This document shows, piece by piece, positions 53,101 to 62,010 of a stretch of DNA of 64,000 bases. The stretch spans positions 64,001 to 128,000 of the forward strand of contig JAVRCV020000006.1 of NCBI GenBank assembly GCA_034530615.2, given 5' to 3'. Each line of letters opens with the position of its first letter. The stretch's first letter is position 1. The position numbers and the translations under genes were made by a program. Source of the stretch: Aulosira sp. ZfuVER01 (GTDB lineage: Bacteria > Cyanobacteriota > Cyanobacteriia > Cyanobacteriales > Nostocaceae). The notes beneath the pieces were generated by a model. The model was given only the letters and a program-made list of their open reading frames with translations. It was not told the origin of the DNA and made no database searches.

Positions 53101-55237
53101 GTATTGCCTTGGCGATGGTAAGTGCTTCTTTCCACAACTCTGGTGGTAATTTCTCAGCTAATACACTCAACGCATTGGCGCGATAGTAGTCATTCCTAAC
53201 TGCCATAGAGGCGGTGAGTGCTTCTGTCCACAACTCTGGTAGTTTCTCGGCTAATGCTATCAGTGCAGGAGCGCGATCGCTATCATCCTGAATTGCCCTA
53301 GCGGTAGTGACTGCTTCAGAAAGTACTAGTTTCTCTAAATTGGCTGGCAAATAGTTGACTAACTCAACAACAGTTTCTACTTTCTCCTTTGGTTCTGGTT
53401 TTTGCAGGGCGTAAGCTAATCCCTGTTCAGGAGTCCAGATTTTATTTTTGACTAACGCCACCAGCATTTTGGCAGGTAAATTAGCTGCCAAACTATTCAA
53501 GGAAGCTGTAATCAAAGCATAGCGACACTGCAAACCTACCACTTGAGGCAGTGTTGATTCACTCCAACTCGCTTCAGCTAATTCCCAAGCACGAAAAATA
53601 TCTGTGATGTAACCTCCAGTTTGTCCCACTTTCTCCCGCGCTTCATGCCAGCCATTGCTTCCTGTTAGCGATTCCTCCCACAATAAAGAGTGAATTTCTT
53701 CTACCCGTTCAGCCTTTTCTAAATGCCAAACTAAATTTTGATGAATGTAACCATCATTAGCTAAGGTATGCCAGAGGTTGTTTTGCGTCTTTTGTTGATA
53801 GCGTTCTAGCAGTTGGCTGTGTGCAGCAATTAATTCCAAACCCATCCCTACAGGAGGAGATTTAGTTAAGCGATTACGAGCGACATCATGTAATAAGTCA
53901 TGTAACCTGTAGCCTCTCCACTCGACACCCCCAACAAATACAGGTGCATCAGATTGAAGTAAGGCATCATTCCAAAGTAGCTCTAAACATTCATTAGCTT
54001 CATCCTGGGATTTCATCTCCCATAATGTCACGGCCATTGGTGCGGCTATGGTGACATCTTCTGGTAACACTCCCAACCAAATAAAATTTTCCCAGGCTTG
54101 TTGGTCGTAGTCTTGTAAAGCTTTCAGGCTTAAATTAAAAGTTGCTTCTAAAGAATTTTCTTGACGCGGCCCGTATAAGACTTTTAAATTTGCAACCTCT
54201 TGTTTCAAAGCGGTTTCCAGCTTCTCCCATGTAATTCCCCATTTGACTCTGGCTGCTACTAAATTCAGAGCAATGGGCAGGTATCCTACAGTTTCGGCTA
54301 CTCTCAAAGCCTCTGGTTTTTCTACTTCTGTGATTTCTCGTTCTAAAGACTTAGAAAGTAATTCCAGCGATTCTGCTGGCGTCATCAAATTCAATTTCTG
54401 CAAATAAGCACCAACGCTATCAGCCACATCAGCCCGCCGCGAAGTAATTAATAGCTGCGATTGGGAACCTGCTACCATAAAGGGTTTAACTTTATCTGGT
54501 TCCCAAGCATCATCAACTACTAATAAAACTGTTTTATCATGTAGCAAACTTCGCAAATGTGTTGAAGTTCCCTCTACATTCACAGCACGAAATTCGTAGT
54601 CTCCCAAGGCTTGCACCCAGCTACTTAGTAGGGCAAGAATATCTGGTTCTTGTCCTAAAGTTGCCCAAAGCACACCACCAGAAAAACGTTTTTGGATATC
54701 CTCATCATGGGCAAGGGCTGTAATTAAAGTTGTCTTACCTATGCCACCTAAACCGTGAATTGCACTGATGAGCAACGCACCAGCAGCAGATGTATTTGCC
54801 AGTAGACGAGCTTTGATTTCTACAGTAACTTGTGGGCGATCGACAAAATTAGCAGGTAAACTCGGTGCTTGAAAAGGTCTGTCAATTGGGCGACGATAAT
54901 TAATAGTCAGGCTGCCTTCTACTCGACCGACAATAATATTGTTGTCACCCTTGATATTTTGCACGACATTTTCGTTACCGGAAATTGTTTGTGCAAACTC
55001 AGGCTGAATATGGGGATTTAAACTAGTTACAGCAGCTTCATCCTTTTCTGCGTTACCTAAAATTGGTTGTTTAACCTGAGACGGAATCTGAGGATTTAAA
55101 TTAGTTTTAGCAACTTCATTTCTCAGTAGATGTTGCTGACGTTTTAATCTTCGACGCTTCCCTTTTAAAAAGCCAGCTAACTTAGATAAAAAAAGTCTTA
55201 TCCGCTTCCATAACCTTCTCAGGCTGATTTTTTGCAC
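50195..55237 (-). CDS. NLR-like STAND NTPase: putative amyloid motif - NB-ARC - about 30 helical 31/32-aa repeats
   Basis: GLGGIGKT, LLVVDDAW, LLITSR, GYLPIAL, LHDLL; repeats of type LPPELLKEALTAARAIQDxxxRAxxLIALAEK. Confidence 0.92.
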   Translation of the reverse strand: MQKISLRRLWKRIRLFLSKLAGFLKGKRRRLKRQQHLLRNEVAKTNLNPQIPSQVKQPILGNAEKDEAAVTSLNPHIQPEFAQTISGNENVVQNIKGDNNIIVGRVEGSLTINYRRPIDRPFQAPSLPANFVDRPQVTVEIKARLLANTSAAGALLISAIHGLGGIGKTTLITALAHDEDIQKRFSGGVLWATLGQEPDILALLSSWVQALGDYEFRAVNVEGTSTHLRSLLHDKTVLLVVDDAWEPDKVKPFMVAGSQSQLLITSRRADVADSVGAYLQKLNLMTPAESLELLSKSLEREITEVEKPEALRVAETVGYLPIALNLVAARVKWGITWEKLETALKQEVANLKVLYGPRQENSLEATFNLSLKALQDYDQQAWENFIWLGVLPEDVTIAAPMAVTLWEMKSQDEANECLELLWNDALLQSDAPVFVGGVEWRGYRLHDLLHDVARNRLTKSPPVGMGLELIAAHSQLLERYQQKTQNNLWHTLANDGYIHQNLVWHLEKAERVEEIHSLLWEESLTGSNGWHEAREKVGQTGGYITDIFRAWELAEASWSESTLPQVVGLQCRYALITASLNSLAANLPAKMLVALVKNKIWTPEQGLAYALQKPEPKEKVETVVELVNYLPANLEKLVLSEAVTTARAIQDDSDRAPALIALAEKLPELWTEALTASMAVRNDYYRANALSVLAEKLPPELWKEALTIAKAIPDESDRANALIALAKQLPSELLKEALSAAKAIEIDYVRADALIALAEKLPPELLKEALSIARVIEYEEYRAKALSALIQKLPEFCPEALTDARAIQDDSDRALALIALAEKQPELWTETLNNVSAIQYEGKRANALSKLVEKLPPELLKEALTAARAIQDEQYRAEVLIVLAEKLPELWTETLTTATAIQIEFYRALALIVLAEKLPPELLKEALTTARALESKAQRAKALSALAEKLPELWPEALTTATVIYPDSDRTNALIALAKKLPPELLEAALACAGSIQNEYYRTPTLSALAEKLPPQLLTEALTVARAIQDEKPRADALIALAQKLPSELLLEVLSAIQAIQDEESRTNALIALAEKLPPELLLEVLSAIQAIQNEWYRAEALKALVKKLAPELLKAALTTAMAIQDEGHRADVLIALVKKLPPELLKAALITAMAIQDEGYRADVLIALAEKLKPELLKEVLTAVNTIQDEKSRVDVLSALTEKLPPELMPDALITARAIQDEWYRGRSLSEIAEKLPPELLKEALTTAMTIQDDKSRAKALIALAAKLPPELLKEALTAAKAIQDDKSRANALIALAAKLPPELLKEALTAAREIQNDSYRAQVLIALGEKLPELLPEALTAVKAIESEWNRTEALSEIADKLPLELLKEALTTAMAIEYDNYRAQVLIALAKKLRPEFLKEVISAIQAIEYDGNRTEFLIALGERLPELLKEVLSAIKVIEDDYYRAEFLIALGERLPSEVLKEVLTAAREIQDEKYRAQVLSALAEKLPPELLLEVLSTARMIESEWNRAQVLSALAEKLPPELLKEVLTAAREIQNDSDRAQVLIALAKKLPELLKEALTTTSAIEHEKSRAELLIALAEKLPPELLKEALSTARAIESEESRVQVLIALASGCSQILSGDIFPFWRDVLHELSLHTRPILLPDIKALFPVIFALGGEATMAEIAHGVVDVGRWWR

Positions 55238-55269
55238 TGTGTTAACTCCCCAATATTCTGCCTCTTTAA

Positions 55270-55719
55270 CTAATTGATAGTTACATGATCTCCTGCTCTA
55301 GCAATAGACTTATTACCATCACCCGCAATATTCTGCACTTGGTTCTCATTGCCAGAGATTGTTTGATTAAAGCTATTCACAACTTTAGAAATTGTGTCTG
55401 CATCTTCCTGCATTAAACGAGCAATTTCCGCAGCTAAATTTTTATCTTCATCGAGTAATTTCTTGAGTTGTTTCTGGAGTGTTTCCTTGGCATCTGCATC
55501 ATCAGGAGAACTTGCCAACTCTTCTGCTGCACCTTTCGCCATTGGCTTGGCTTCTACCTTTGGTTGCAACTTACTCCACAAAGATTTAGCCTTTTCCCAG
55601 TCATTAGCGCCCAAGCTTTCACCCAGTTTCTTACCAGCTTCTTCGGCTGCTGTCTGTCCTACTTTGAGCAAGTACGGTAAAAATGGGGTTAAGAAAGTAG
55701 TTAAAGTTACTATATCCAT
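55270..55719 (-). CDS. Bell/HeLo-like small effector protein with a C-terminal putative amyloid signalling motif
   Basis: Hydrophobic N-terminal helix (LTTFLTPFLPYLL), helical body (WEKAKSLWSKL...PDD...L..QL.KLL.ED..LA.EI), C-terminal 33-aa motif shared with the NLR. Confidence 0.8.
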   Translation of the reverse strand: MDIVTLTTFLTPFLPYLLKVGQTAAEEAGKKLGESLGANDWEKAKSLWSKLQPKVEAKPMAKGAAEELASSPDDADAKETLQKQLKKLLDEDKNLAAEIARLMQEDADTISKVVNSFNQTISGNENQVQNIAGDGNKSIARAGDHVTIN

Positions 55720-55887
55720 TTGTTTACTCCGATTGTAAAGACGTAGAATACTGGTCAATTACCACAAATGACTCTGTATTAACATCTAAAGAATCAGGGG
55801 TCAAACTCAGGGGAAATACTTAATATGGTCGCCTAGTTTGGCGATCGCTACCTCTGTTACGTACTAGTAAATGCGATCGCCTACTCA

Positions 55888-56436
55888 TTACTCACCAGCA
55901 AAGAAAGCAAACTCCGATTTAATATTCCAACGCCTACCGTCGTGAATTAATAAAGTCAACTTGTCGGCAGTAAACTCAAAATGTAACTGCCGATTTTCAA
56001 ATTCTGGCCAAGCTGCTTTAAAGTTCTGTCGCGTTAAGTCCCGAAAAGCCACTGTCATGTGGGGTGCAAAGGGGCGAGTTTTGCCAACTTTGTCTACAAT
56101 GCCCAAACTTGCTTCTACATACGCCATTAAATCTGCTTGCAGAGTCAACAGTTCTTGGCTTCTCACCACATCTATATATATGACGCGGGGGGCAAAGGCA
56201 GCAAACCCACTCAGCGTAACGGGTAGTGGTTTTTGTTCGCTAGCAAACTCCCTAATAGATGCTTCTAGCCGTGACACATCGCTATTTGCCCATTCAAAAG
56301 GCGGTTGCAGCGTAATGTGAGGCGGAGACTTTTGCGCATGACTGCTGGCGTAGTTGTCAGCAAAGTACTGCTTGATTTGATTAGCGTAATCTTGAATGTC
56401 TTGCGGTGGTAGTAGGGCAATAAAAAAGCGGCTCAT
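55888..56436 (-). CDS. 2H phosphoesterase / 2'-5' RNA ligase family protein
   Basis: Two HxT motifs: PPHITL and APHMTV. Confidence 0.88.
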   Translation of the reverse strand: MSRFFIALLPPQDIQDYANQIKQYFADNYASSHAQKSPPHITLQPPFEWANSDVSRLEASIREFASEQKPLPVTLSGFAAFAPRVIYIDVVRSQELLTLQADLMAYVEASLGIVDKVGKTRPFAPHMTVAFRDLTRQNFKAAWPEFENRQLHFEFTADKLTLLIHDGRRWNIKSEFAFFAGE

Positions 56437-56547
56437 TCAATTTTGGATTTTAGATTTTGGATTTTAAATTAAGATTGAGCAGCAAAGGCTGGTAGGAAGA
56501 TATTACAACTAGATGACGATGGAAAAATTCTAGAGGTTGAAAGTTAA

Positions 56548-56814
56548 ATGCCTTGGTTTGTAAAGATTGAAGCAGGTAAAGTGGATAAACCTACCTTTGA
56601 CCAATACGTAGCCGCCCATAAAGCTTACGTTCAGGATTTGATTACTAAAGGACACAAAGCCAGAACAGGATACTGGGCAGAATTCGGAGGCGGGATGATG
56701 CTGTTTGAGGCAAAATCGATGGACGAAGCCCAAGCAATTGTAGCCCTTGACCCATTGGTACAAAACGGTTGTGTGAATTATCAGCTACACGAATGGCGAA
56801 TTGTAGTGGAATAA
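56548..56814 (+). CDS. YciI family protein
   Basis: VAAHKAY...GGGMMLFEA...DPL pattern. Confidence 0.85.
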   Translation: MPWFVKIEAGKVDKPTFDQYVAAHKAYVQDLITKGHKARTGYWAEFGGGMMLFEAKSMDEAQAIVALDPLVQNGCVNYQLHEWRIVVE

Positions 56815-56850
56815 CACCAATTACTGAATTTTAGTGTTATTCTATTAATA

Positions 56851-56946
56851 GACCTGGACCTATGCGACTTCAACGCCCAAATCTTGTCAGGACCGGAAGG
56901 TAGCAGCAATACGGGATGCTTGTGGTAGGCGTAGAATCCGGGTCGC
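56851..56946 (+). ncRNA. ffs: signal recognition particle RNA (4.5S)
   Basis: Domain IV signature TCAGGACCGGAAGGTAGCAG; terminal pairing gacctgga / tccgggtc. Confidence 0.95.
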
Positions 56947-56972
56947 CCTATTTGTAGGAGCGTTCAGCAGCA

Positions 56973-57359
56973 ATGCCTGGTTTTGGAGATATTGTTCAAA
57001 AAGCTTTTTACCTCGGTGTTGGATTAGCTTCTTACGCGGGTGAGAAAGCAGGGGGAAAACTAGCCGAACTGCGATCGCAAGTCCAAAAACTGGCAGATGA
57101 AATGGTGGCAAAGGGCGAAATGACAACGGATGAAGCCCGTCGCTTTGTCGAAGATATGATGAAGCAAGCTCAACAGCCCCAATCATCTGGTGCAGCTACA
57201 GACAAAACACCGCCTGCTGAACCTCGCCGCATCGAAATTTTAGAGGAAGATGAAGAGCCAACGGCTAAAGATTCTTCAAGCGATGATGATGTAGATGGAT
57301 TGCGTGCCCAAGTGCTAGAACTACAAGAAGAGTTAAAACGGCTGCAACGTGATGAGTAG
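56973..57359 (+). CDS. phasin-like protein
   Basis: KAFYLGVGLA...DEMVAKGEMTTDEARRFV. Confidence 0.75.
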   Translation: MPGFGDIVQKAFYLGVGLASYAGEKAGGKLAELRSQVQKLADEMVAKGEMTTDEARRFVEDMMKQAQQPQSSGAATDKTPPAEPRRIEILEEDEEPTAKDSSSDDDVDGLRAQVLELQEELKRLQRDE

Positions 57360-57490
57360 CCAATAACAGCAATTTAGCAAAAGCACAAAACACAGTAAAT
57401 TTTTGAATATACTTTGTTTAGGATCTACCTAGTACTTCCAGCCAGGTCACACTGAGCGCTCTATTTATAGCCAGTAAAGGCGTCAAGTTT

Positions 57491-57886
57491 ATGGACAAGT
57501 GGCAGAAAGATTTGATTGACATCATTGAGACTGTGGCTGTTGAAGTAGAACACTTTTTCTTAGGAATGAGTGACATGGTAGACGCTTTTTTAGAACTGAC
57601 AGAAGAAATTACTGAGCAGGTACACACTACAATTGCCACTGAAGTTGACCAGTATTTACACGACCTAGCCGAACCAATGATGGAGGTTTACTGGGAACTA
57701 GAAGACGTAGTAGGAGATGTAGATCCGGGTTTTCCTTATCCAGTTGAACCCACACCAGATAAAAACCCCGCCTGCGTTGGTTGCACTAACTACCACGGTC
57801 AAGTATATGGTGGTAATTTGTTAGTTTGTGCCATGCATCCCCACGGCTGGGATGATAGTAATTGTCCAGACTGGGAACAGGAGTAG
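57491..57886 (+). CDS. acidic hypothetical protein with a C-terminal Cys/His (Zn-binding-like) motif
   Basis: CVGCTNYHG...LVCAMHP...CPDW. Confidence 0.75.
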   Translation: MDKWQKDLIDIIETVAVEVEHFFLGMSDMVDAFLELTEEITEQVHTTIATEVDQYLHDLAEPMMEVYWELEDVVGDVDPGFPYPVEPTPDKNPACVGCTNYHGQVYGGNLLVCAMHPHGWDDSNCPDWEQE

Positions 57887-57945
57887 GGCAAGGGAAGCAG
57901 AGACGCGGGGATGGCTAGACGCGGAGACGCGGAGAATGGCATATA

Positions 57946-57980
57946 ACAAATGACAAATGACAAATGACAAATGACAAATG
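57946..57980. repeat. STRR (ACAAATG)x5
   Basis: Five exact heptamers; the last supplies the queF ATG. Confidence 0.9.
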
Positions 57981-58376
57981 ACAACTGACACCAAAGAAAT
58001 AAAGTATGGCGAACGTGAGATTGCGGAAGGGCAATTAATTACCTTTCCGAATCCGCGTGTGGGTAGGCGATATGACATTAGCATTACTTTGCCGGAGTTT
58101 ACCTGTAAATGTCCGTTTTCCGGCTATCCAGATTTTGCGACGATTTATATTAGCTACGTACCTGATGAGCGTGTAGTGGAATTAAAGGCACTCAAGCTTT
58201 ACATTAACAGTTACCGCGATCGCTATATTTCTCACGAAGAGTCGGCTAATCAAATTCTCGATGATTTTGTCGCCGCTTGCGATCCCCTAGAAGCAACGGT
58301 AAAGGCAGATTTTACTCCCCGTGGTAATGTGCATACAGTAGTAGAAGTGCGGCATCACAAGCCAGCGAATCAGTAA
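57978..58376 (+). CDS. queF: preQ1 synthase (7-cyano-7-deazaguanine reductase)
   Basis: PEFTCKCPFSGYPDFA, ELKALKLY, SHEE, FTPRGN. Confidence 0.95.
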   Translation: MTTDTKEIKYGEREIAEGQLITFPNPRVGRRYDISITLPEFTCKCPFSGYPDFATIYISYVPDERVVELKALKLYINSYRDRYISHEESANQILDDFVAACDPLEATVKADFTPRGNVHTVVEVRHHKPANQ

Positions 58377-58382
58377 TATCGT

Positions 58383-59435
58383 TTACTTAGAAATTCCTTT
58401 GGACGCAGACTGCACCTGAACTACAACTGTTGGAGAAAGAGGAATATATCCTAGTTCTTTACTCGATTTTTGTCCTTCAGTCACAGCCCAGTCAATAAAC
58501 TTTTTTAGTTCTTGGGCTTTGACTGGGTTTTGATATTGTTTATAAGTTAGCAGCCAAGTGTAAGTAACGATAGGATAAGATTGCTTGCCTGTGGGATCGC
58601 TAATAAAACTAATCAAGCTATTAGCAGGTAATTTGACTGCTTCTAAGGTTCTCGCCACCGACTCTGGTGTGGGGATAATGTAATTACCAGATTTATTTTC
58701 CAAAGCAGCCACAGGTAGTTTATTAGTGGTAGCGTAAACATACTCCACATAGCCAATAGCTCCTGGGATTTGTTGAATTTGGGCGGTAACACCTTCATTC
58801 CCCTTAGCACCAATTCCCACTGGCCATTGTATAGATCTACCAGCCCCGACTTTACTTTTCCATTCGGGATTGACAGCACTTAGATGTTCTGTAAAAACGC
58901 TGGTTGTACCACTTCCATCAGATCTGTGTACAACCTTAATTGCTAAATTAGGTAAATTTACACCTGGATTAGCTACAGCTATTTGAGGATCGTTCCAATT
59001 CGTAATTTTTCCTAAAAAGATACCTGTGTAGACTTGGCGTGATAATTTTAGCACCGTTGGTATTTCTGGAAGATTGTAAGCTAGCACTATCGACCCAGCA
59101 GTCATGGGTAAAGCGATTACTCCTCTTTTTACCTTCGCCGCTTGTTCATGTGTAATTCCTACATCACTAGCGGCGAAGTCCACAGTACCATCGATGAGTT
59201 GTTGTACTCCTACACTGCTTCCTAGAGATTGATAGTTAATTTCTACATTGGGATTTCGTTGGTTGTAATCTGCAATCCAGCGCTGGTATAAAGGTGCAGG
59301 AAAACTTGCTCCAGCACCAATCAGAGAAACAGTCTTGATGGTTGTAGAATCAGCAGCACAGGAAGCAATACTCAACGAGACAGCGATTAGAGGTAGAAAG
59401 TAAGGCAATCGCTTAAATTTAAGTTGAGTAGTCAT
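58383..59435 (-). CDS. pstS: phosphate ABC transporter substrate-binding lipoprotein
   Basis: Lipobox SIASC, GAGASFPAPLY, VDFAASD, HRSDGSGTT, KGNEGV, YPIVTYTW; no pstCAB next to it. Confidence 0.93.
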   Translation of the reverse strand: MTTQLKFKRLPYFLPLIAVSLSIASCAADSTTIKTVSLIGAGASFPAPLYQRWIADYNQRNPNVEINYQSLGSSVGVQQLIDGTVDFAASDVGITHEQAAKVKRGVIALPMTAGSIVLAYNLPEIPTVLKLSRQVYTGIFLGKITNWNDPQIAVANPGVNLPNLAIKVVHRSDGSGTTSVFTEHLSAVNPEWKSKVGAGRSIQWPVGIGAKGNEGVTAQIQQIPGAIGYVEYVYATTNKLPVAALENKSGNYIIPTPESVARTLEAVKLPANSLISFISDPTGKQSYPIVTYTWLLTYKQYQNPVKAQELKKFIDWAVTEGQKSSKELGYIPLSPTVVVQVQSASKGISK

Positions 59436-59579
59436 ACCAATCTTGAGTTCCAATGTTTAATTAATAGCCCTGGCAATTCTCCAGGCTGTATCTGTACTGA
59501 TGAAAAAGGAAATTTTATTCAAGAAATTTGTTAGCTATATATTGTGACGATAATTTTACTCAAAAGCAATCTATAAATT

Positions 59580-60989
59580 TCATAAATTAGATGCTAGAGA
59601 GCCTGTAGGTTTAGTATCATTGCCATCTTCTAAGGGATTACTCAACTTATCTAAAATTTCCAAAACTTGCTGTTCAAAAGCAACTTGGGCGCGATTAGTT
59701 TTACCACCAACAAAAAGGCGATCGCCTTTTTGCAATGCCCAAATTTGTGAGTGAGAAAAGTAACTCATCACCACACCCAACATTAATAAAGCAAATCCTG
59801 TGTACACAATTGGTATACCGGGATCGGCTTTAATTTGTAAGCCAGTGCTGCCAATTAATTCGACAATTTTTAGCCTTACCCCATTAACTTGAGTAGCCAT
59901 TCCCGCACGCACAGTATCAATCAACTTACCCGTGGCATCGTAAATTAATACCATACCTTGTAAGTCTTTAGCTATTAAAGAAACGCCTTCACTTAAATCT
60001 GGTTTTGTGGGAATCCAAGTACCCCAAATGCGCCCTTGTCCATTGGTGTCCAATGGTGCCATTGGCAATTGGAAAATGGGGCTGTTATTAAATTTAACGC
60101 GAACACCTGAAAGTCCCCAATCAGTTTGATAGAAAGTGACGCCATGATAACGCAGAGGTTGATTAACAAAAATCTTTTTGTGGTCAACTTCCTGTCCCTG
60201 ATTATTTAAGACAGACATATCTGAATAAAACTGGTCGATTCCACCACTAGGGGTATAGTCAATCCAAAATCGATTAACTCTTACAGACCAATCTTTAGGA
60301 ACTTGAGATAAGGCTAAAGGCCCCGCATCGATAATATTTTTTACCTGAAATGTATCGCCGCTGGGAACCATTTCTTGAGCAACAAAACCAGTCATCGCTC
60401 CCCAAATTCCTCCTAAAAGAATTGTGACGATACCGATATGAACGATAATCGGGCCGATGCGTCCAACTATTCCTTTACGGGCGTAGAGAATATCGTTTTT
60501 TTCTTGAAAAATCTTATAACGCTGCTTTTTTAATATTTGAGTAAGCGTACTCAAGGAACCAGTATCTAGTTCTGCACTCAAAGCTAATTTTTGAAATTGT
60601 CGCGGTTCATCGTAATATTTCCATCTTTGGGCAGCTTTTAAAGCTGGGAGTTGGCGAGTAAAAGTACAAGCAGTCAAACTAGTACCAAATAACACCAGCA
60701 AACTAAGAAACCACCAAGTCCGATATACATGATCTAATCCGACTACTTGAATCACCTTCCAACTCAGGAAGCCAAATAAGGCTGGATGTTCTGGGTAGTT
60801 AGCTTGATAAAATGCCGGTGACTGACCTTGTTCGATGACAGTACCGCTAACGCTAAATAAGGCAATTAATAGTAAAAGTGCGATCGCTAACCGTAAATCT
60901 GTAAGTACAGGTAAAAACTCTCGTCGCAAGAAGCGCCCAAGTAATGACCACCAACTTGATTCTGTGGTCGTTGAATTTTCTGTTGTCAT
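59580..60989 (-). CDS. ccs1: cytochrome c biogenesis protein Ccs1/CcsB (ResB-like)
   Basis: [50 protein letters not shown]. Confidence 0.93.
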   Translation of the reverse strand: MTTENSTTTESSWWSLLGRFLRREFLPVLTDLRLAIALLLLIALFSVSGTVIEQGQSPAFYQANYPEHPALFGFLSWKVIQVVGLDHVYRTWWFLSLLVLFGTSLTACTFTRQLPALKAAQRWKYYDEPRQFQKLALSAELDTGSLSTLTQILKKQRYKIFQEKNDILYARKGIVGRIGPIIVHIGIVTILLGGIWGAMTGFVAQEMVPSGDTFQVKNIIDAGPLALSQVPKDWSVRVNRFWIDYTPSGGIDQFYSDMSVLNNQGQEVDHKKIFVNQPLRYHGVTFYQTDWGLSGVRVKFNNSPIFQLPMAPLDTNGQGRIWGTWIPTKPDLSEGVSLIAKDLQGMVLIYDATGKLIDTVRAGMATQVNGVRLKIVELIGSTGLQIKADPGIPIVYTGFALLMLGVVMSYFSHSQIWALQKGDRLFVGGKTNRAQVAFEQQVLEILDKLSNPLEDGNDTKPTGSLASNL

Positions 60990-60992
60990 TGC

Positions 60993-61733
60993 TCAAAAAC
61001 TTCCAAAGGGAATGCGCGAAATTAAGGAAAACACACCAAAGCCTACCAACAACACACCGCTAACTGGATTAATCCAACCAGACCAACGACGCAATTCCAA
61101 CAGCTTTTTAATTGCAGCTGTAAAAGTACCTGCCAAAATTAATGGTGCTACATAGCCTACTGTGTAAGCAATTAGCAAAATAGCCCCTAAAATTAAGTCT
61201 TGGGTATTCGCCACCCAACCCAGCAAGCTAGCTAAAACTGGGGTACTACAAGGTGAAGCAACTAAGCCAAAAGTCAAGCCAATAGAGTAGGAACGCACTC
61301 CTGGCGGTAAATCTTGCGAAATCCAATTAGTTTCGCCCAAGGAAGGAAATTGTAGAGGTAATGCTTCCAGTAGGTTTAACCCCATGAGAATGGCGATAAT
61401 GCTGACAATAATCGGTAAACCCATTCCCACTTGACCGTAAACTTTGCCCACAAAAGCTGCTATTACTCCCAATCCTGCTAACGTGGTTGCTAATCCCAGC
61501 GCGAACCAAGTTGATTGGGCTGCTGCTTGCAGACGGCTTTTCGCTTCATAGCCACCGATATAGCCAATGGTAATTGGCAGCATAGAAAGCATACAGGGCG
61601 TCAGGCTCGTAAGTAGACCAGCCGCAAAAATAATGCCAATACTCACCACGCTGAGATGTCCCAATTGGTTAGAGACAAGGGTATTGGCAAATTGTTCTAG
61701 TTTGTACAGTTGGATTTGCAAAGTCTCAAGCAT
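60993..61733 (-). CDS. ccdA: cytochrome c biogenesis thiol-disulfide transporter CcdA
   Basis: LTSLTPCMLSMLP and ASPCSTPVL motifs; six TM helices. Confidence 0.93.
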   Translation of the reverse strand: MLETLQIQLYKLEQFANTLVSNQLGHLSVVSIGIIFAAGLLTSLTPCMLSMLPITIGYIGGYEAKSRLQAAAQSTWFALGLATTLAGLGVIAAFVGKVYGQVGMGLPIIVSIIAILMGLNLLEALPLQFPSLGETNWISQDLPPGVRSYSIGLTFGLVASPCSTPVLASLLGWVANTQDLILGAILLIAYTVGYVAPLILAGTFTAAIKKLLELRRWSGWINPVSGVLLVGFGVFSLISRIPFGSF

Positions 61734-62010
61734 GGGGCAGTATGACAAGGAAATGCTTACTATGCTTGAATTTTAGCTTAGTTTGGGACTTTGGGTGGGA
61801 GTCAGAGGCGAAGGCGATCGCTTCTTTGGGATGTATTCTACTCTGCCATAAAAATCTCTGTTGCTTATTTCTCAGTGCCTCTGTGGTTTAAAATTTTTGA
61901 CCACGGAGAACCGAAGACACAAAGGTAAAAAGGTTTTCATCCGTCTTAACGTATCCGGCCTAATGAATACAAATGCAAAATATGAATAAAATCAGCATCT
62001 AAATATAAAT

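Noticed and set aside
50195..53330. Diversity-generating retroelement as the source of NLR/TPR repeat variation
   Set aside because: No reverse transcriptase gene or template repeat is in the window, and the variation is not adenine-specific.
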